Made by a program: the position numbers and the translations under genes
Origin: Candidatus Woesearchaeota archaeon
GTDB lineage: Archaea > Nanobdellota > Nanobdellia > Pacearchaeales > GW2011-AR1
Reading direction: 5' to 3'
Length of the DNA: 22,710 nt
Assembly (NCBI GenBank): GCA_964505875.1
Contig: CAZDJT010000001.1
Coordinates: forward strand, 1 to 22,710
In this document: piece by piece, positions 6,604 to 14,481 of the stretch
How positions within the stretch are numbered: the stretch's first letter is position 1
Layout of the letters: each line of letters begins with the position of its first letter
The notes under the pieces: model-generated
Database searches by the model: none
Told to the model about the DNA's origin: nothing
Seen by the model: only the letters and a program-made list of their open reading frames with translations

Positions 6604-9255
6604 TCAAATTGCATAATAAATAGGATAATTATATTCGGTATATCCAAGATTGAGTTTGCTTATTTCATTCAAATCTGCAAGATCATTTGCTTTAATCATG
6701 CTTTGTGAGATTGTATACAGAACATTTTCCATATAAAGGCTTCTTTGAATTCTTTTTTGCCAATCATAATTATAAGGCTCATAATTTATTCCTCCAGGAA
6801 ATTGATCTATCCCCTCATTGCCTTGAGTTCCAGAATAATAATCAGAAGAGTAATCAATTCCATTAAGAGTGCCTTCTTCAACATAAGCTTTATTTCTCCA
6901 TTCATCTTCACCTATCTTTTCCCATATATTTGAATATTGATCTTTTCTTTCAGCTCCGGCAAGTTCATCTTTTGCAGGCCCATAAGTAGGCTTATATTCT
7001 TCAACATGCGTGATTTTTCCCTTTAATTCAATGCTATCTTCGTCAATATTGAATACATACGCTCCATTCCATTGTTTATATCTATTGCCATTAGAATATG
7101 AATATTGTATAGGCACAGACAGCAAATTTTTTTCTTTATTGAACAAAAATGCTTTATGCTCATAAAGTGCTTCAGAACTGCTCCAAGTCCATTGCCCATC
7201 GCTCTTAATAGCATACTTTGCTTTTTCTACTGGATTAGAAACATCTGAAACATCAAACAGCGCTATTTTAACTCCGGAAACTCTTCCTTCTTCATTTGCA
7301 TCCATTCCGATGCCTATAATAGTATCTTGATCATAAGGATGTAAATAGCTTGAGTACCCGGTTACTTTCAAATATCCTAAAATTTCTGGCTTCTCTGGTT
7401 TGGATAAATCAATAACATAAAGAGGATCTACCTGCCTGAAAGTCACCATGTAAACTCGGTCACTAATAAATCTGGAAGAATAAATTCTCTCTCCTTTTGC
7501 AAGATCTTCAACACTTCCAATTATTTCCAAATCTTTATTCAAAACATAAAGATGATTCAAGGTGCTATCTCCCCAGCTTCCAGTTGTAACTGCTGCTCTT
7601 AAATTGCCTTTATATTCATCCAATGAAAACTGATTTAATAAATGCCCGGGAACTTCACCGCTTGACTCGTATTTAACATTCAAGCCATCAATCTCAATTT
7701 TATGAATAATCGTTTTCTCGTATTCTTTGCTTATCTTTATTCTTGCTTTCTCAATTGATTCTGCCAATTTCTTATTAAAATCACTTCCTTCGTCAGTCTT
7801 GCCTAAACTTTTTGAATAAACAGCAACAACTTTCATAATAACTGACTGCTTTTGATAAATATAAGTATTAGATTCCAAGACTTCATTTATTTTCTCCTTA
7901 TATGATTGGGGCATTAAAGGAATAATTCCTTCTTTTATAAGAAGCTCAGCCTGTTTATCATAATCTATCCATTTTTGAGAAGTTAAATAAATATTATTCT
8001 CAGAAACATAAATTGTCCCGGACGCGCCAAGTAAATATGCTTTAACTTCTGCCTTCTCCTCTTCTAAATCAATTGCATTTACATAAGTAAAAACAAAATT
8101 TTCATCATATTCATCAGAATAGTAAATATCATCAATATCAACTGCTTTTTCAGTTCCATCTATAGAATACATAGGTCTTGGAATGCCATAATTATACAAA
8201 TACTGCTGCGATACTAAATATATAGTGTCTCCAATCATTCTTGCATCCATATAATTTCCATTGAATGAATAATTGCCTTCAGGAGCGGGTTTCTTCTTAT
8301 CTGAGATATCATAAACAAGCACATTTGTTTTACTCTGAGAATATCCTCCGCAGCCATATCCAGAACAAGGGGCAATAATGCTTTCAGCAACTGCTGCAAC
8401 ACCACCAATTGCTGCAGCACCACCAATAAGAGAATCACTGTAATAACTCTGCTGGCTCTGCATAAAAATAATTAACTTGTCTCCATTGACAAAAATATTT
8501 TGAGCTCCGCCAGTGATATTTATCTCGCTAACATTATGCATTTGTTCAGCAGGATAGGCATCGACAATAGCTAATTTATTTCCTGAAATAGTATAGATAT
8601 ACTTGCCATCATTCTTGACAAAATCTGGCTCATCTACCCCTTTAACTTGCACATTTGTCTGCGAGTAATCAGAAGCACTCTGGCTCCCGGATTTCATCTC
8701 TGCACTTGCTGTCTGAGCAGCTGTATTTGCAGAATCAGAAACCATACCGCCATATCCTTCTCCAAATCCTCTTCTGCTTCGATTCGCCTTTTCCTGCAAA
8801 TAGTTTTCAAGCTCTGCATACGATGAAAACTGATTAAATGAAGAGTCCTCGCTTCCATTGTTTATGGCTAGCCTATGACTTATCATTCCAATTAACGCAA
8901 TTACCAAGATAACCCCCAATAATGCGATTAACATAACAACAGGAACAGAGCTAATCATTTTTTTAGGGGAGATTAATATCTTCTTGTTAGAAAGTTTATA
9001 AGTGGGTATTTTCTTTCCTTTTATACTCCAGAAAAAGCTCTTGGTCTTTTCAATCAATCCAGATTCTAAAAGCTTAGCAATATTATAGCCAACAGTGTTC
9101 AATGGAATACTTAACGCTTGAGAAATGTCGCTTTCACTCATCTCTTTCTCAGCTAAAAGCCCTAAAATTCTCTTGCACGTTTTATTTGCCATTACTTCTG
9201 CAATTATTCCTGCTCTTGGATCGTCTATATCAAAATCTATTCGTTTATCGGTCAT
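6604..9255 (-). CDS. Membrane-tethered winged-HTH (ArsR/HTH_20-like) fused to a large extracytoplasmic beta-propeller domain (COG4880/Beta_propel-like)
   Basis: 883 aa. aa ~14-85 (nt ~9001..9216) read CKRILGLLAEKEMSESDISQALSIPLNTVGYNIAKLLESGLIEK, a wHTH pattern. A basic stretch KKILISPKK is followed by a TM segment at aa ~100-127 (nt ~8875..8958). The propeller family signatures follow: TNVQVKGVDEPDFVKNDGKYIY and KIALFDVSDVSNPVEKAKY...EALYEHKAFLFNKEKNLLSVPI. Confidence 0.8.
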   Translation of the reverse strand: MTDKRIDFDIDDPRAGIIAEVMANKTCKRILGLLAEKEMSESDISQALSIPLNTVGYNIAKLLESGLIEKTKSFFWSIKGKKIPTYKLSNKKILISPKKMISSVPVVMLIALLGVILVIALIGMISHRLAINNGSEDSSFNQFSSYAELENYLQEKANRSRRGFGEGYGGMVSDSANTAAQTASAEMKSGSQSASDYSQTNVQVKGVDEPDFVKNDGKYIYTISGNKLAIVDAYPAEQMHNVSEINITGGAQNIFVNGDKLIIFMQSQQSYYSDSLIGGAAAIGGVAAVAESIIAPCSGYGCGGYSQSKTNVLVYDISDKKKPAPEGNYSFNGNYMDARMIGDTIYLVSQQYLYNYGIPRPMYSIDGTEKAVDIDDIYYSDEYDENFVFTYVNAIDLEEEKAEVKAYLLGASGTIYVSENNIYLTSQKWIDYDKQAELLIKEGIIPLMPQSYKEKINEVLESNTYIYQKQSVIMKVVAVYSKSLGKTDEGSDFNKKLAESIEKARIKISKEYEKTIIHKIEIDGLNVKYESSGEVPGHLLNQFSLDEYKGNLRAAVTTGSWGDSTLNHLYVLNKDLEIIGSVEDLAKGERIYSSRFISDRVYMVTFRQVDPLYVIDLSKPEKPEILGYLKVTGYSSYLHPYDQDTIIGIGMDANEEGRVSGVKIALFDVSDVSNPVEKAKYAIKSDGQWTWSSSEALYEHKAFLFNKEKNLLSVPIQYSYSNGNRYKQWNGAYVFNIDEDSIELKGKITHVEEYKPTYGPAKDELAGAERKDQYSNIWEKIGEDEWRNKAYVEEGTLNGIDYSSDYYSGTQGNEGIDQFPGGINYEPYNYDWQKRIQRSLYMENVLYTISQSMIKANDLADLNEISKLNLGYTEYNYPIYYAI

Positions 9256-9276
9256 AATTCATCCAAAGAAAACATG

Positions 9277-9284
9277 TATATAAA
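9277..9284 (-). promoter_or_regulatory. Archaeal TATA box for the wHTH-beta-propeller gene
   Basis: The minus strand reads TTTATATA, 22 nt upstream of ATG 9255. Confidence 0.5.
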
Positions 9285-9338
9285 CATAATGAAGACTCCA
9301 ATCATAATCGGAGCGATAAAGAAATAATCACAATAATA

Positions 9339-9346
9339 TTTATATA
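9339..9346 (+). promoter_or_regulatory. Archaeal TATA box for the small membrane protein gene (divergent from 9277..9284)
   Basis: TTTATATA ends 22 nt before ATG 9368. Confidence 0.5.
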
Positions 9347-9367
9347 CCTCGCAATTCTGAATAAGAT

Positions 9368-9565
9368 ATGAACAAATGGACAGAACTTTTGCTTGGCCTT
9401 ATCTTAGTTATAGTAGGAATATTAATCTGGTCAATGACTCAAGGCTCCGGCTTCTGGGATTTCGGAACAGCAGCATGGGAAGTTCTTAAAGGCAGTGTTG
9501 TCTGGATAATTATAGGTCTTGGTGCCCTCTTCATCCTCCTTGGTATCTCTGATTTGAAGAGCTGA
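9368..9565 (+). CDS. Small two-TM membrane protein, function unknown
   Basis: 65 aa with two hydrophobic helices (LLLGLILVIVGILIW and VVWIIIGLGALFILLGI). It has its own TATA at leaderless spacing. Confidence 0.5.
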   Translation: MNKWTELLLGLILVIVGILIWSMTQGSGFWDFGTAAWEVLKGSVVWIIIGLGALFILLGISDLKS

Positions 9566-9612
9566 TATTGTAAAACAATAATTAATTTATACTCTTTCTT
9601 CCAAAGACAATC

Positions 9613-10779
9613 ATGCTTTACTGTAAAATATGCGACATGTGGGAATGCGACAAGCACGTCTTCTCCATAGGAAAAACAAAAAACATACTCTCTTTCTCAG
9701 GCTCTTCTCCTCCTGAGATATTTATAGGAAGATGGAATTATCCAAATGTCTACACTGGAATATTAAGTCCTGAAGAGCATGGAGATACTGCCGCTCTCTC
9801 CTCTCCAGAAATATGGCATGAGAAGAAACTCTCAATAAAAGAGATTTTAAATAATAGAAATAAGCTTATCTATGGAAGACAGCAATCAAGCATTAACAAT
9901 CTCCGCTCCGAATTCTCAAGAACAATGCAGGAAATTGCCATGACTCACCGCCCAATATCTGCCTCTTTCTTTCTAAAGAAACCAATTCAAGCTCATGAAG
10001 AGAGGGATGCAAAAGTTCCTCTAATATCAAATGCGGCTCAAGTTGAGAAAGTAAAACTTGATGAGAACACGCAAATAAAGCCAAAAGTGGATTATATAGT
10101 AAATGATAAAGATGCAAAGTCAGTTAGTTCAATAGTGGAACTGGACAAAGCAGGAATAAATACTTCTTCTATAATCAAAATTCTTTCTGCAGGGCTTCTT
10201 GGATTGAAAAAGAACAGAAAGCTCGTTCCCACTCGCTGGTCTATAACTGCAACTGATGATACTTTAGGAAAAGAGAAGCTAAAGAAAATACGTTATTTGC
10301 CGGAAATATCTTCAATCTCCCTCTTTAATGCAGAATATTTAGGAAATCACTATGAATTTCTTCTTCTGCCTGACAAATGGAGTTTTGAAGTTATAGAAAT
10401 ATCATTAAAAAATAATGGAATCTGGCAAGATTATGAGAAATTCGAAGGGAGAAAGAATTATGCAGATGATGTTACTGGAGCATATTATGTAAACCGTCTT
10501 GCCGTTTGCGAATATCTTGAAAGAATAAAAAGACAAGCTTCAATCCTCGTGTTAAGACAGATAAGTCATGAATACACTTCTCCTCTTGGCGTAGGAATCC
10601 TCAGAGAAACCAGCCGTGCAGCTTTTGCAAAGAAACCCGAAACTTTCTCTTCTCTAAAAGAAGCTTTTGCAAAAATCCAAGAAAGAATAAAATTACCGAT
10701 AGAGCAATACACGAAACTTTCTCTTCTCCTGAAAGATTTTGGAAAACAAAGCAGATTAGGAATGTTCTTTAGTAAGTAA
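9613..10779 (+). CDS. nreA: Nre-family archaeal DNA repair protein (NreA-like) with C-terminal PIP box
   Basis: 388 aa. N-terminal Cys cluster CKICDMWECDKH, then FIGRWNYPNV and VPTRWSITATDD, which I recall as Nre_N/Nre_C-type motifs. The C-terminus is QSRLGMFF-SK. A TATA-like AATTTATAC box (9584..9592) lies 21 nt upstream of the ATG. Confidence 0.7.
   Translation: MLYCKICDMWECDKHVFSIGKTKNILSFSGSSPPEIFIGRWNYPNVYTGILSPEEHGDTAALSSPEIWHEKKLSIKEILNNRNKLIYGRQQSSINNLRSEFSRTMQEIAMTHRPISASFFLKKPIQAHEERDAKVPLISNAAQVEKVKLDENTQIKPKVDYIVNDKDAKSVSSIVELDKAGINTSSIIKILSAGLLGLKKNRKLVPTRWSITATDDTLGKEKLKKIRYLPEISSISLFNAEYLGNHYEFLLLPDKWSFEVIEISLKNNGIWQDYEKFEGRKNYADDVTGAYYVNRLAVCEYLERIKRQASILVLRQISHEYTSPLGVGILRETSRAAFAKKPETFSSLKEAFAKIQERIKLPIEQYTKLSLLLKDFGKQSRLGMFFSK
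10747..10770 (+). other. PCNA-interacting peptide (PIP box) codons QSRLGMFF at the NreA C-terminus
   Basis: It matches the consensus Q-x-x-(L/I/M)-x-x-(F/Y)-(F/Y) exactly and sits two residues from the stop codon. Confidence 0.7.
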
Positions 10780-10876
10780 AGAATCAAAGATTAATTATCA
10801 TACAGAAAAGCATTAATATCATATTAAAAATATCTATATTATTATAATAGCTGTCTAATTCTTATAGATATAAAGT

Positions 10877-11647
10877 TCAAGACAGAGAAGTAAGTTCTCT
10901 CAATTTTTCTCCAGGATATTTAGCTTCTAATATTCCAGTTCCAATAAGAAAACCATCAACATGATACATTAAAGATTCAACATCATCTCTCGTCCTTATG
11001 CCAGATTCAGATATTACAAACTTGTCTTTAGGAATCAACTTTGCTAAATTTAAAGTCTTATTTAGATCAACACTCTGAGTCTCTAAATCTCTATTATTGA
11101 TGCCGATTAACTTCGCCTCTAATCTTAGAGCCCTTTCAACTTCTTCTTCACAACTAACTTCAACAAGAGCGTGCATTCTATATCTATGAGCAAGCTCAGA
11201 AAATTCAGCTAATTCATGATCATTTAGAATTGAACTGACAAGCAAAACCATATCGGCTCCAAACAATCTGGCTTGATAAATCTGATAAGGATTTACAATA
11301 AAATCTTTTCTCAAAACTGGCTTGCTCGTCTGCGCTTTGAAAAGCTCTAAATCTTTCAAGCTTCCTCCAAAATATCTCTCATCTGTCAAAACAGAAACAG
11401 CTCTGCAATAATGGTCATAAATGCCGGTTAGTTCTTTTATATTATTCTTTCCACTAAAATCTTCTCCAGAAGGAGATTTTCTCTTAAATTCTCCAATTAT
11501 ATTAATCTCTCCTTTCGGAAAGATAACTTCTAAAGAATCCACTCTAGCCTGAGTAACTCTATTAAAAATACTGTTTAAAGAATGCCTTCTCATTTCAGCA
11601 CTAACTTCTTCTCTCTTGTGCTTGACAATTTCTTCTAAAAGCCCCAT
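10877..11647 (-). CDS. trpC: Indole-3-glycerol-phosphate synthase (TrpC)
   Basis: Motifs IGEFKRKSPSG, VLTDERYFGGS, PVLRKDFIVNPYQIYQARLFGADMVLL, LVEV, IGINNRDL and ISESGI. The ORF-track start (11662) is TTG, only 6 nt from the TATA. ATG 11647 lies 21 nt from box 11668..11675, so I moved the start there. Confidence 0.85.
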   Translation of the reverse strand: MGLLEEIVKHKREEVSAEMRRHSLNSIFNRVTQARVDSLEVIFPKGEINIIGEFKRKSPSGEDFSGKNNIKELTGIYDHYCRAVSVLTDERYFGGSLKDLELFKAQTSKPVLRKDFIVNPYQIYQARLFGADMVLLVSSILNDHELAEFSELAHRYRMHALVEVSCEEEVERALRLEAKLIGINNRDLETQSVDLNKTLNLAKLIPKDKFVISESGIRTRDDVESLMYHVDGFLIGTGILEAKYPGEKLRELTSLS

Positions 11648-11703
11648 AAACAAACCTCTCAAGAAGCATTTATATGTTTTATGTCAAAGTTAACAAATAA
11701 GAA

Positions 11704-12102
11704 TTAATCTCTGCTCCAAGCAACAATTCCGATTATCACAAAGTTTACAAGAGGAATCAAAAGCAATATAGAAAGCCATCCAGGTCTCTTTACAGCTTCA
11801 AATAACTTCCAATTCCAGATAATAACATAAACTAAGAAAACCAGCTGAGCAATAATTCCTATAAAAGGTATGAAAATTCCAATTAAAAGCAACCAAGGCC
11901 ACCAATGCATTTTAGAAGACTGAAAAGCAATAATCAAGGGTCCAAAAAAAGGTATCCACGCAAGTCCTGGAGATTTCTGCTTTGCCTTCTTGGCAATCGA
12001 CATATAAGCAAGAGAAGTATAAATATAAACTGCTATAGCAAAGAAAACAAAGAAGAAAGCGACAAACAAAGCTGCTAAGGGTTCAGTTCCTGCGTAAACC
12101 AT
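11704..12102 (-). CDS. Four-TM small membrane protein, function unknown
   Basis: 132 aa, strongly hydrophobic, with motifs LAWIPFFGP, WWPWLLLIGIFIP and LLLIPLVNFVIIGIVAW. Its ATG overlaps the tbp stop (TAATG at 12100..12104). Confidence 0.6.
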   Translation of the reverse strand: MVYAGTEPLAALFVAFFFVFFAIAVYIYTSLAYMSIAKKAKQKSPGLAWIPFFGPLIIAFQSSKMHWWPWLLLIGIFIPFIGIIAQLVFLVYVIIWNWKLFEAVKRPGWLSILLLIPLVNFVIIGIVAWSRD

Positions 12103-12662
12103 TACGCCTTATTCTCTTTTATAGCAGCTTTTATATTTCTATTAAGCTGAACCATTGAATCTTCAAGCTGCTGCTTATTCTTAGTTCCTGTGCAAACTAG
12201 CTTCCCGTTTGAAAAAAGAAGAAAAGTTGCTGTTGGTTCTGCTAACTTGTAAACCAATCCGGGAAATTGTTCAGGCTCATATTCCGTATTCTCCAACTGA
12301 AGAGCAAGCATATTCAAATTCAAACTTAAGTCAATGCTTCCAGAAGCCACAATATTTTGAACAGTTATTTTTGGAACATCAGTTATCTTCACTCCTATTT
12401 TCGCTATTTGCTTTATGACTGCTTTTATAACTTCTTTGACTTGTGCAACGCTCTTAGTTCCTGTGCAAACAAGATTACCAGAAGAGAATACAAGAACAGC
12501 AGACTTCGGTTTTTCCACTCTCAATACAAGACCGGGGAATTGTTCAGGATTATACTCAGTATTGCTCTGTGTTCGTGCAAGTTTTGTCAGAGAAACTTCT
12601 TTTCCGAGAGAAGTTGTAGCAACGATATTCTGGACTTTAAGATTTGATTTTGACTTAACCAT
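12102..12662 (-). CDS. tbp: TATA-box binding protein
   Basis: 186 aa with the two-fold internal repeat: NIVAT..EYNPEQFPGLVLRV..SGNLVCTGTKS and NIVAS..EYEPEQFPGLVYKL..NGKLVCTGTKN. Confidence 0.95.
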   Translation of the reverse strand: MVKSKSNLKVQNIVATTSLGKEVSLTKLARTQSNTEYNPEQFPGLVLRVEKPKSAVLVFSSGNLVCTGTKSVAQVKEVIKAVIKQIAKIGVKITDVPKITVQNIVASGSIDLSLNLNMLALQLENTEYEPEQFPGLVYKLAEPTATFLLFSNGKLVCTGTKNKQQLEDSMVQLNRNIKAAIKENKA

Positions 12663-12666
12663 GTGC

Positions 12667-12696
12667 CCTTTATAAAGAAAATCGATTTATAAAGGT
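12667..12696. repeat. Perfect 10-bp inverted repeat CCTTTATAAA / TTTATAAAGG with a 10-nt spacer, between the lig stop and the tbp start
   Basis: Read directly: 12667..12676 is the reverse complement of 12687..12696. Each arm contains the palindromic 8-mer TTTATAAA. Confidence 0.8.
12687..12694 (-). promoter_or_regulatory. TATA box of the tbp promoter (distal copy of a duplicated TTTATAAA)
   Basis: TTTATAAA lies 25 nt upstream of ATG 12662. It is part of the inverted repeat at 12667..12696. Confidence 0.5.
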
Positions 12697-12721
12697 TTCT
12701 TTCACTTCCTCGCAGCTTTCT

Positions 12722-14380
12722 CTATATCTTCCAAAGTTGAATATCCCCTATCTTTCTGTCCGGCCTGTAAGCTGTTATTCTTGGAAAACGAAGAGCATAT
12801 CCAGAACTGTAGCTAGGACTCTTCTGAATATTCTGATAAGTAACAGAAACAACTATCTTCGGCTTTATCATAACAGAGCTTCCATCTTCTTTTGTTATTA
12901 ATGGCTTCAAAATCTTAGTCATCTCAGTATAACTCGTCCCTTCTTCCTCTTTTTCTTTAAGTCCGGAAGAAACTCTTCCAACTTCTCTGAAATCAGAATC
13001 ATCACGGCAAGCAACAATAAAACTGGAAAGCCATCCCCCTCTTTTGCCAGTTCCATATTCAGCTCCAACAATTACCAAGTCCAAATCTTTCACTTCCGGT
13101 TTCAGCTTAGCCATATATCCAACTCTTCTACCAGGTTTGTAGGGAGCGGAGACGTTCTTTATCATCAGTCCCTCCTCTCCTGCTTTCAGCGCCTTTGCAT
13201 AAAACTCTTCAGCTTTCTCTTCTTTGTCTGTAACAATCTGCTCTGACAGCCTGATAACTCTTTCTTTTTCTTTAATAATCTTCTTCAGAATTTCTCTCCT
13301 CTCAAGAAAAGGCAAGTCCATCTTGCTTTCTCCATTGTAATAAATAATATCAAAAACATTAAGTTCCACAGGCAAGCTAGCAAGTGTCTCTTTTATATTA
13401 TACTTCCTTTTTATTCTCTGACTTATTGCTTCAAAAGGCTTATATTTTCCAGTTTTAGGATCAAAACCAACGGCTTCTGCATCAAGAATAAAACTTTCTC
13501 CATGAATATTCTTCTTCACAGCATCAATAATATCTGGGAACTGAGAGCTGACATTCTCCAGCTTTCTTGTAAATAGCTTTATCTCATCTTTATCTTTATT
13601 GACTACAAGACGGAAGCCATCATATTTGTATTCAAATGCTGCAGGCCTGCCGCAGATTTCAAAAGCATCTTGAATACTCTCCGCTTTAACAGCAAGCATT
13701 GGATTCAACGGCCTTCCCGGCTTCAAATGTATCTGCCCTAACGCCTTTTTTCCCTTGTCCGCAGAGTCAAAAACAACAGCAAAATCGTTGGTCATGTCAA
13801 AAGCATGTTGAACAATCTCAGGCATTTCCTTGTCCTCAAAGTAGAAAGCAGAAGATATAGATTCAACAATTATAGCAGAAGCAACTCCTATTCTCAAATC
13901 ACTTAACAAAATTCTTATAATATATTTTGCCTCAAATGAATCTGCTGAGCTCAAAAGCTCGGCACAAAGCCCCATTTTTCTATCTACGGCTCCTTTCCCC
14001 TCAACTTCCAGTATTTTATGAAATATCTCAAAAGCTTTACCGACTTCAAGTCTTTTAGAAAACAAAGCAGTCTGTCTTCTCTTCTCAGCATAATGATAAG
14101 CAATCTCTCCCAAGTCTCCTTTCTTCTTAAATTCCTGAACAACTTTCTCACTAGAGATGCCGAAAGCCACACTTATGGCCTTAATAACCAGCTGCTGAGA
14201 TATTCCAAACTCTCCTTCATCATAATCTGGAATGACTCTTCCCCTCAGAAGATAAATCCATTCACTCTTCCCTTTTTTCTTCAAAACACGGAGAAATTCA
14301 GATAATATTTGTATTTTCTCCAGTCTCTTTGTCGTTTTCGACAAAGCTTCATAAACATCAACGAATTCCTTGAATTGCAT
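12722..14380 (-). CDS. lig: ATP-dependent DNA ligase
   Basis: 552 aa. Adenylation motif I EYKYDGFR (KxDGxR), later motifs EGLMIK and the OB-fold region. Stop is TAG. Confidence 0.92.
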   Translation of the reverse strand: MQFKEFVDVYEALSKTTKRLEKIQILSEFLRVLKKKGKSEWIYLLRGRVIPDYDEGEFGISQQLVIKAISVAFGISSEKVVQEFKKKGDLGEIAYHYAEKRRQTALFSKRLEVGKAFEIFHKILEVEGKGAVDRKMGLCAELLSSADSFEAKYIIRILLSDLRIGVASAIIVESISSAFYFEDKEMPEIVQHAFDMTNDFAVVFDSADKGKKALGQIHLKPGRPLNPMLAVKAESIQDAFEICGRPAAFEYKYDGFRLVVNKDKDEIKLFTRKLENVSSQFPDIIDAVKKNIHGESFILDAEAVGFDPKTGKYKPFEAISQRIKRKYNIKETLASLPVELNVFDIIYYNGESKMDLPFLERREILKKIIKEKERVIRLSEQIVTDKEEKAEEFYAKALKAGEEGLMIKNVSAPYKPGRRVGYMAKLKPEVKDLDLVIVGAEYGTGKRGGWLSSFIVACRDDSDFREVGRVSSGLKEKEEEGTSYTEMTKILKPLITKEDGSSVMIKPKIVVSVTYQNIQKSPSYSSGYALRFPRITAYRPDRKIGDIQLWKI

Positions 14381-14402
14381 AATCTACTATCATTTTCTGA
14401 AT

Positions 14403-14410
14403 ATTTAAAC
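14403..14410 (-). promoter_or_regulatory. TATA-like box of the lig promoter, embedded in a palindrome
   Basis: The minus strand reads GTTTAAAT, 23 nt upstream of ATG 14380. It is flanked by complementary 8-mers TTCTGAAT (14395..14402) and ATTCAGAA (14411..14418). Confidence 0.45.
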
Positions 14411-14481
14411 ATTCAGAAAGGTGAATGTTTCTAGTTCAATAAAGGAGAAAGATAATTAATTATTAAAAAAACCTTATAAGT

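Noticed and set aside
12259-12548. A dispersed DNA repeat CCGGG(G/A)AATTGTTCAGG (12259..12275 and 12532..12548)
   Set aside because: It is explained by the two-fold internal duplication of TBP (both copies encode EQFPGL). It is not a mobile or regulatory repeat.
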